Shown piece after piece: positions 55,622 through 64,000 of a DNA stretch of 64,000 nt. Below the pieces are notes generated by a model. The model did not search any database. It was not told the origin of the DNA and saw only the letters and a program-made list of their open reading frames with translations. Source of the stretch: Spironucleus salmonicida (taxonomy: Eukaryota); the NCBI RefSeq assembly GCF_000497125.1, contig NC_090597.1, positions 1,499,797-1,563,796 of the forward strand, written 5' to 3'. Position 1 is the stretch's first letter. Each line of letters begins with the position of its first letter. A program made the position numbers and the translations under genes.

Positions 55622-56339
55622 TGACGAAGTGGATAACAGGACTTTTAAAAATCTAATAAAGTACGATATAATATCTATATAAAAATTCTATAAAATAAAA
55701 TTACAATGAATGGATAACATGTTACGTATAAATGAGTATGGTAATAAATATAGTTAAATAAATGTTTGTAGACTATTTACTGTGAACTCAACTAGATTGG
55801 AATAAACTTTTATCTTTTTAACTATATTTTTAATTACTTTAATAATCTTATTGTTAATATGATATATCTGTATTTAGTTTTATTAAGAAAAATTATTAGC
55901 TATAAACATTAACAAATAAATAAACAAATATGTTAATAAACTTTAAATTATGATAAATAATTAGATATAATCGCTTTCCAATTTTTATTATTATATCCAT
56001 TAAAATATATCATAATTTTTATTGTTCAATCTTAAATATATGCTAGTTAAATAACCTAAACAACACATTTTATATTTTAATGAAATCAAAGTACATAATA
56101 TTAAATTACACATACATTGTTGTTATTTGATTAATATTTGCAGTGATTGATAAAAGTTAAGTATTGCAAAAGTTATAAATATAAATTGTAATGATAAAAT
56201 AAATGAATATAATTAATTTTCACAAAAAAACGTTATTTTTGAATAATGGCCCTATAAAATTTATTAGCCTATAACGATACCCTATCTTTAATTGTACCAA
56301 CTAAATCTTTAATGAGTACAATTATATTTTATATGATAT

Positions 56340-58350
56340 TAATATATAATCTTATAAATGGACTGGAATATCTAAAATTATCAGGAATATAAGACTAACT
56401 CAAGTTGAAAAACATGTAGCACAAGATATATTCTGTCTCCTGATGGGACCTTTTGGTTAAGAGGATTTCTTTGTACGGAATGTCGTAAATTTAACAAAAC
56501 TGTTTCATTGATTGGAAAAGAAGAATGCATTCCTTGTTATAGATTTGTAAATTTTTCTTGTATTTTATGCATAATTAAAGATATTTGTTATACGCGTAAG
56601 GAAAAGGAAAATTGTATGGAGAATATCTAAGAACTTGCCTTATTTTGTGAAGAATGTGGTATAAATAAGGTTCCAATCACGGGAAAGATGTTTTGTTTAT
56701 CAAATGATAAATGCATATACTGTGATGATCAGTAAGCTTGCATAGAAATATCTCAATCTTTAAATTTAACTTGTGCAAGCTGCTTATATATCATGAAATC
56801 GCCATCAGATTAAAAACATTGTGTAGATAACTAATTTTATAAAAACTATGCTTTATAAAATGCTATTTGCCCGAACCCATATGCACCTACTTCCATCAAG
56901 GTTAAATTACTAACTCTGAAGCTTTAAAATGTATAGTTAATGAATAGTGTATTAAATTTTCATTATTTTGTATTTTATGTTCCTATAAAAATCCTTAAAA
57001 AGTGTTATTGGGAGTCAGTTATTTAATAAGAAATATGAAGCTAATTAAAATGGCAAAGAAACAGTTAACTGCATTCACTACTATCCAGATAATATTATAA
57101 GATGTTAACATGTATGAATACTTTTATACCACGTTTAGGAACGTTTTTTCACTCTGGCTGTTTTTAGGATGATGATTTCTCTGAGATAAATGCAGAACGT
57201 TCGTTTAGTTTCACAGTAAATAAATTTATATGAAGCTGTTAGGAAGGTCACTACGTGAGCTCTTAATAAATTTTTTTAGATAAAGATTTTTGCATGGCCG
57301 ACCAGAATGTTAATTAACTTTGTAGTGAAAATGATGCAGCACATAAATTAATATATGTTAGTTGACCAGAAAATATACAATTTTATATCAAAAATCACAT
57401 CATATCTTCCTGTATTAATTGTGCAGAAAAACTAACTTGTTAGCTGGTTGGCTTTAAATAGTTTTAATGTATTGTATGATAAACTGTAATGATTACGCAT
57501 GGATCTAAAACGAAATGCATTAATAATTTTTATGTATAAGATTGACCAGTTATAGATTAAAACTTTACATGCGTTGAAGAGTTTAATTAGCATTTATATG
57601 GTTGTTAAAATGGATTTACATATTCTAACTAGAATAAAAATAACATTACATCAATATGCCACTAATGTCTCAATAATTAACAAACTAGATCTATTTTGTA
57701 CCGAAATAGTATATTTTGATGTGTATGTAGATAATAAAAGTTTATTTTTTAAGATTTAAAATCCATTCCAAACTATAAAATTTGAAATAGTGTAACTTTG
57801 TTTGGTATGAATAATAGTGTGTGATTCCTAATAAAAATACATATGCAGGAACAATTTTGAGTCATAGTTAAGTTGTGAATTCTGTATTTATAGAGCTATA
57901 ATCTGTAATAATAAATGTGTTTCGCTTAGTTGTGCTACATATAGTCATTATAATGGGTCAGATTTCTGTTAAGAAGATTGTTATCGTTGTCATTATTGTT
58001 AAAACTGCGGAAATTGCGAAAGATGTATATGAGGATTCGTTGAAGTTAATAGTATGTGTGATAGTCAAACTTATGGGAAAATGAATTAAATTGTTCTGGA
58101 AGTGGATAGCTTGCGCACTCAGTTTATGTGTGTAAATAGGGCAATAATAGAACGAACTGTGAATTGTATTAGCAAGGAGTGATTAAAGTTATTACTGGAA
58201 TTACGATAAGAGGTGTCAATTTTTAAAACGAAATAATGGATACTGGAGATATTTTCAGGATTATTTTAGGAATTCTTTTGCCATTTTTTATTATTGGTGT
58301 TATTGCTGTATACTACAAAAATAAACTCTTATAATTTAGTTAACTTGAAG
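56340..58350 (+). pseudogene. Degraded cysteine-rich membrane protein (CxxC/CxC, VSP/CRMP-like)
   Basis: Cys-rich stretches (CTEC, CIPC, CILC, CEEC, CIYC, CASC) and a C-terminal TM MDTGDIFRIILGILLPFFIIGVIAVYYK, spread across shifting frames with internal TGAs. Boundaries are approximate. Confidence 0.65.
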
Positions 58351-58823
58351 CAAGATTATAATATTATGATTTCAACAATTTCATAATAATTTCCTTAAGC
58401 CTATTATATATTACTAAGTGATATTAGATTATAAAGAATATTTATTTTTGTTGTTACTATAAAGATAATTGAATTAAAAAATTATAAAAAATTAATAGTC
58501 ATAAAGATTGTATTATGCTAAGAAAATTAAATTCAATTAATATAAATACCTATAACTTCTATTTTATGTATAAAAAGGGATCTACTTCTACTTATGTTAT
58601 AAGATATTGTTTGATCGCATTAATATATTATTTATATACTGAATCAGAAATATCTGTTATTTCAGTATTTAAAGACTTAATTCTAAATAATTTATGCTTA
58701 AAATTTTCATGTAAAGCTCTTCTTTAATTAATATTCCCCCTAAAGAATTTGTTATATGATAATCTATAGCCCTATTTACTAACATCTAAAATAAAATCTT
58801 CTGTTAAAAACGTATACAGCCCA

Positions 58824-59315
58824 TCACTCAAACCTTACGACTGCGCTAAATTCAACGTCAATATCAAGTTTCAAAGAATCTAAGTCAACCCCAAAACTGC
58901 GCATCCAGCTGAAAACATCTGTTACACCAAGTTCTTTAATATCACCCTTCCAACCAATGCGTCGCACACAATCTATTTCTGCATGCTGGTCGGGAGATAT
59001 TTTCATAGCATTTGGTACTGAGAAAATTAAAAGAACGCTAGCAGCTTGAGTGATGGAAATAAGCTATTTCATTTCTTGAATAAATAGCTTCAATTCTAAA
59101 ATTTCAGCTTAATACTGCAAAATTGAGATATCAGGAGATGTAAAAATTTGCTACTAAACTGAAACATTGTGTTTTATCGAAGATATAAAAATACTTTTTT
59201 ATTTGCAGGTTACTGGAATAATTGATTGTGCATATATATAGGGATAGTCTTTATGTTAGCTGAGCATAACTGGGATAACTAAAGTGTTAGTCTTTTATGG
59301 TGAGTCGTATATCAT
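58824..59315 (-). CDS. Hypothetical protein, 163 aa
   Basis: ATG 59315 (MIYDSPQKTNTLVIPVML...) is in frame with track fragment 58824-59006 and ends VVRFE-TGA. Confidence 0.65.
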
Positions 59316-59420
59316 TTTAGAGGATCAAAATAATGAGGAATATTTATAAAGATAAATAAATAATGATTAGTTTATTTAGATTTATTTATATATTATATAG
59401 TATTTGTTTTACAAACCAAA

Positions 59421-61085
59421 ATGTAAGAATCAGAATTTGTCATTTCATTAGAGCCTTAGACATTTGAAATATTATAATAGAGTGTGGTTAATACGTAATA
59501 AATAGAGGAAAAACCTTATGTCAACGAGAATCCTTTCGATCAAATTAATGAAGTAATGTCGTTATTAACGAAATCAATTAATGGATTTGATCGATCTAAG
59601 CTTACAATAAGTTTACCAGAAAAATAGAAAATAATAACTCATTTGGATATAAATATTTTATCAATTCCATAAATTGAAATTGAAGAAAATGGTGAATCAC
59701 TTATGTGCTCTGTACATTCAATTAATTAAGCTCCAGAAGTAGATATAAAATGTCATGTTACTAAAGATGAAAATTAAAAAGAAGTTTACTATGACAATAA
59801 AAACTATTTAATAGATGATACACATATTATTAATTATTAAATGTAAAATGATTTAAATCAATTAGCCGATAAAGTTCAAGTATAGAACTATAAAGATGAT
59901 ATTCGAAAATTAAAGATTTAGCTTCAGGACTATAAGGAGAAGCAAGTTAAATATTATTAAGATACAGTCTAACCATTACGTAAAACTCACCATCATAAAT
60001 AAAGCACAGAATCTTTTATTCCATCTAATTTTTTGAGTAATAATATTCATCATAATATTCTTGATTAGGTGCAATCCCTAAATGCATCTTCTTCTTAGGC
60101 AGCATAAAGCATATTACAAGATGATCCATTTAATGAATTATTATAACAAAAGGCACAGCTTTAACAGGACGATATGGATTTTTATAAACAAAATATTGAA
60201 AAAACAAAATAATAGCTACAAATTTTTACACTTGATAGTCCTAAAGCCGATAAAAAGCCTATTTCTATGCATATATAATAATTATAAACTTAATTAAACA
60301 GTATCCCTTTAAAATAATAGAAAAAAACATCACATTTAAAATAATCGACAAGCACTTTAAAGTCCAATTATTAGTAAGATATTTGGCTTGAAAAACAATA
60401 GAAAGTTAAGTTGGAATGTTAAAAGCTTATTGTATCGTCAATCGTAGGCACCGATGATTTTTCATAATAGTAAATAAAGTAAAGTCTTAATAATACTACT
60501 CTATCTGACTAATAATATACTTAATAAAACTGTAATTTAACATAATCAATATAAACTATAAATAATAACTAGACAGAATAGTTAAACCAATCCTAGGCCT
60601 ATTCGAAAGATGAACAGACATAATCTATCAATGAAGTACTTACATCTAGTTTTGATGATTACGAGGTTATGTCACCAAATAGAAAGTCGTTTTAACAAGA
60701 TTAGTTGTTATCTAAATATACACAAGAAAATTAGTGCATGTAAGTCTCATTTGATATAAAATCGCGGTCAGATTCTCTTATTTTAACAAACTCTGATATT
60801 GATAAAGATGTTATCAGGAGCAAGGTCAATTAATCCTAAATTACATCAAAGTCAACAATTGAAGACAAAAACTCTATAATAATTGAAGATTTATAGCCTA
60901 TTTTACAACTTTAACTTCCAACGTAAAATCTTTCTGATTTCACTTAACATAAGATAATTTCAGATCGAACTTTACAAGCTAAATTATAATACAAAAAATA
61001 GCAGATATCAACTTTATAAGAGCGAGCAGAGGATTTAAAGCGGCGTTAATAGTTAGTATAAAAACGAAAATGTTCTAAAAAGTGA
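59421..61085 (+). CDS. Hypothetical Gln-rich/coiled-coil protein, 554 aa
   Basis: ATG 59421 (MQESEFVISLEPQTF...), ends KRKCSKK-TGA at 61083-61085. Confidence 0.7.
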
Positions 61086-61094
61086 AAAGTTGTA

Positions 61095-61688
61095 TCACTT
61101 AATTCCACCTACCTCATCAAAAAACTAATCTAAAAATGATTATAAAAACATAGTACGCTGCTCTGCTATCTATCTGGTTTCTGGTAGGTTCATTTTATAT
61201 TAAATCTTTAATAACTTGTCATAAAAATGTTAAATTGAACATGTTTTATCTTCTGCGTTCCATATTGCACGCCCGCATCCACCTCCATATGCACAGCATC
61301 TAGCAATGCCAACTGCACCGATTGCATCTAGTCGATCTGCATCTTATACAATCTTTCCTTCAATTGAATCAGGAACCGCCCCTTTTGAGTAAGATATTGA
61401 ATTTATGATATTTATAACTTCTTACGATGTTTCTAAATTGATAGAAATGGAAATCATAAACTTTGTCAAAGTAAGTTATCTATCTTCATCTGAAAATCCA
61501 AATTTGTGATCCATAGCATCGTGAAGAAGCGCTGCAAATTAAATTATTAATAATGATGAATTTTCATAATTTTATTATATAGACACTGAAGTTGATAATA
61601 CTCTTAATGAATGGTCAATGTCATGAGCAGTGCACTTGGTATTACTCTTGAGGAAATTAAGGCATGCATTGTATTGTTCATCATTCAT
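61095..61688 (-). CDS. HD-domain phosphohydrolase, bacterial YpgQ/YedJ-like, 197 aa
   Basis: AHDIDHSLRV...AALLHDAMDHK...ISYSKG...[27 protein letters not shown]...HFYDKLLKI...AEQRTMFLQSFLDQFFDE is the complete YpgQ/YedJ motif series. Confidence 0.9.
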
Positions 61689-61767
61689 TTATTAGGAACG
61701 TGAATTTATTAGTTGTGTTAAATACACTAAACAAAATATAAAATAGAATAATATAGAAACTACAAAA

Positions 61768-63351
61768 ATGAAGCAATTTCGAGATCCGATTTATAACTCA
61801 ATAGAAATTGAAAACTATGCAATATTCATAATTAATTCACCAGAATTTTAAAGGCTACGTCATTTGCGATAATTAGGTGTAGTATATCTTGTTTATCCGA
61901 GTGCAAATCACACCAGATTCGAGCACTCGCTCGGGGTGTACCACCTGACGAAGATAGCGCTAGACCACCTCAATGCCCAGCTGCCCGAGAGCCTGAGCGA
62001 CAGAGTTACGAAGATAGTGAAGACGGCGGCGCTGGTGCACGACATCGGCCACGGGCCATTCAGCCATTTGTTTGAACAGATCTTGCATAAAAACAACATC
62101 AAACTAGACGGAAAGCAGATCTGCCACGAGAGCATCGGTTGTGATGTGTTCCGGAAAATGATGCAGCGTATCAAGATGGATGTGGGCATGGACGACCATG
62201 ATATCGACTGTGTGTGCAGCTTGATTACGGGCCAGGAGGCCGACGACGAGACCTTCAAGAAGTACTTCTTCCTGAACCAGATCGTGTCCAACTCCGTCAA
62301 CGGCTTGGATACTGACAAGATGGACTACCTGCTGCGGGACTCGAGGTCGGTTGGCTTGGGCCTCACCATCGACCCTATCCGCATTTTAAAAAACCAATCC
62401 ATCTTCAAGTACCCCAAAGACAGCACTGGAAAGTACTACCTCTCGTCATCCCAAAAGACTAAGTTTGACATCATGCAGGTTTATCATACTAGGTATATTT
62501 TAACAAAAATTATCTATTAAACATCTAAATCAATAGCATGGGATTTAATAATATTATACATATTTGAATAAGCGATTAAATTTAAATTAATTGATATTCC
62601 AACATTATATAAACGTGATGTTTTACCAGATGATAGAATATTAGGATATATTTAATACTTACATTAATAAATGGATTGCCCTTATAAGTAATTATAAAAT
62701 AAATTAGACGTATTAGATTATCATAATACACCTACAGTAGTGTTTGAGACTTCTATAACACATAATTGTGAGTTAACATAAAATATTTCCTCGGATATTA
62801 GGGCTTAAAAGATTAAATAATTTATTTAAGATCAAACTGAATTATAAAGCAATTTGTTTGAAGTTGTTATATCAGATATAAAATATGGTGTAAAAAACTA
62901 AAATCCATTAGATTTTTTACCTATTCATAACAAATAAACTGTATTTACTCCTACTAAATTTGCTGAATAATATGGAAGCAAATCGAAGCTATAATCTTAA
63001 TCAAATAGTACTAATGAAAATTCCCAATATCCTTAAACGCCTGTTAGACTTATGCCGCCAGTTTCCATAGATAATGCAGCTACCTAAGATATGTTAATGC
63101 CTAATATTTTTAAAGAAACTCTTTTGTACGTTTTCATTTATACTAATAATTTATTTTCGTAGAATCAGTTAAAGGAATCAATACAGAATTTTCTATTAAG
63201 CTAAAATTTAAATAATAATGAGAATAGTATTTAACTACTCACTGATAACTGTTTAGAATATAATGATATCGTACCTATTACCATATCCCCACTTCTTACT
63301 ACACATAATAATTTTCCTTTACCAGAAGACTGTAAATCTGATGATAAGTGA
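61768..63351 (+). CDS. SAMHD1-like HD dNTP triphosphohydrolase (no SAM domain), 527 aa
   Basis: MKQFRDPIY...SPEFQRLRHLRQLG..YLVYPSANHTRFEHSLGVYHL...AALVHDIGHGPFSHLFE...CHE...NGLDTDKMDYLLRDS; ends DDK-TGA. Confidence 0.92.
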
Positions 63352-63359
63352 GATCACTT
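63346..63359. terminator. Paired AGTGA stop/polyadenylation signals of convergent genes
   Basis: AAGTGA-GA-TCACTT. AGTGA overlapping the stop codon has been described as the poly(A) signal in Spironucleus, and 13 genes in this window end in AG-TGA. Confidence 0.6.
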
Positions 63360-64000
63360 TTAATTCATTTTTTCACATTAGTTATAGATAGTTTATGCTA
63401 TTGCATCACTAGTTTAACCAAAATTACATCTTAATTTAACGGTGTCAATTCCTAAATGTACAATATCTACATAATTATTAAAACCAGCCTGTTTTAGTAT
63501 TTATGCCCGATTATTTCCTACTTATGGAATCTCTAATAATTCAGTAATATCATCTGAAATTTTTTCTTTAATTTAGTTAAGATATTTTTCAAATAACGAA
63601 TAAATTATTAATTTTCTTTGTTAAGCAAACATTTTAACTTGGAATAAAATGGTTGCAGGAGATTTTAGTTAAACATCATTAGAATTTGAAAAAGCTCGAG
63701 AAATATTTATTATTTACTGTAAAATGATATTCTTAATTGTTTTTTTATTATTGGATTATATTTATAATACTTCTAAAAGTATTTTATCTTATGATATTAT
63801 ATCATCCATATTAATTTAGTACTAAAATTCTACTTCTTATGATAAAAATGAAGAAAATGACTATTATGTCAACAAATGTAATAATGATGCTGGAGGAGAA
63901 TATGAGAATAGGAAAATAGAGACACTATCAAATGGATTAATACCATATTTCTTAATTTACTCAAAAAGCTGATCAAAATAATACGCCTAATAAGGGGATA
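63354..64000 (-). CDS. 3' end of probable HELQ/Hel308/POLQ-type Ski2-like helicase (5' part lies outside the window)
   Basis: The frame ending at TGA 63354 reads ...ISDDITELLEIPQVGNNRAQILKQAGF..., the helix-hairpin-helix motif (L..I.GVG..RA..L..AG) typical of Hel308/HELQ C-termini. Confidence 0.55.

Noticed and set aside
56340-58350. TGA read-through as selenocysteine in the Cys-rich region
   Set aside because: Frameshifts accompany the TGAs and no SECIS-like hairpin was evident, so decay is the simpler explanation.
58824-61085. PAC2-like (58824-59315) and ALMS-motif-like (C-terminus of 59421-61085) assignments
   Set aside because: The resemblance is limited to a few residues, so both were left as hypothetical.
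61908-62318. 136-aa antisense ORF over the SAMHD1-like core
   Set aside because: It mirrors the GC-rich sense codons and has no recognisable motif. The same applies to the antisense ORFs at 42180-42510, 45203-45478 and 52962-53294.

Overview
AT-rich, gene-dense eukaryotic DNA in which I found no introns. It is read with the non-standard nuclear code where TAA/TAG = Gln and TGA is the only stop, so the supplied standard-code ORF track shows only fragments. The code, very short intergenic spacers, stop codons inside AGTGA, a Protein 21.1-type ankyrin gene and a cysteine-rich membrane protein remnant point to a hexamitid diplomonad such as Spironucleus (inference). Manual re-translation gives about 29 CDSs. 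They include a C13/GPI8-like peptidase (partial), an 18.4 kb dynein heavy chain-like gene whose AAA1 P-loop appears lost, and a bromodomain+ET protein. Also present are ankyrin, PDI-like, Prp6-N-like, RPB7/RPC8-family, EF-hand, rhomboid pseudoprotease, TTLL6/13, GRWD1/Rrb1, SHIPPO-repeat and ABCA genes, plus a cysteine-rich membrane pseudogene. The right end holds a head-to-head pair of HD nucleotide hydrolases (bacterial YpgQ/YedJ-like and SAMHD1-like, the latter with a sharply bounded GC-rich catalytic core) followed by the 3' end of a HELQ/Hel308-like helicase. Long ORFs were frame-checked at their ends and at spot positions, not codon by codon. All family calls come from motif recognition by eye; no database search was run.
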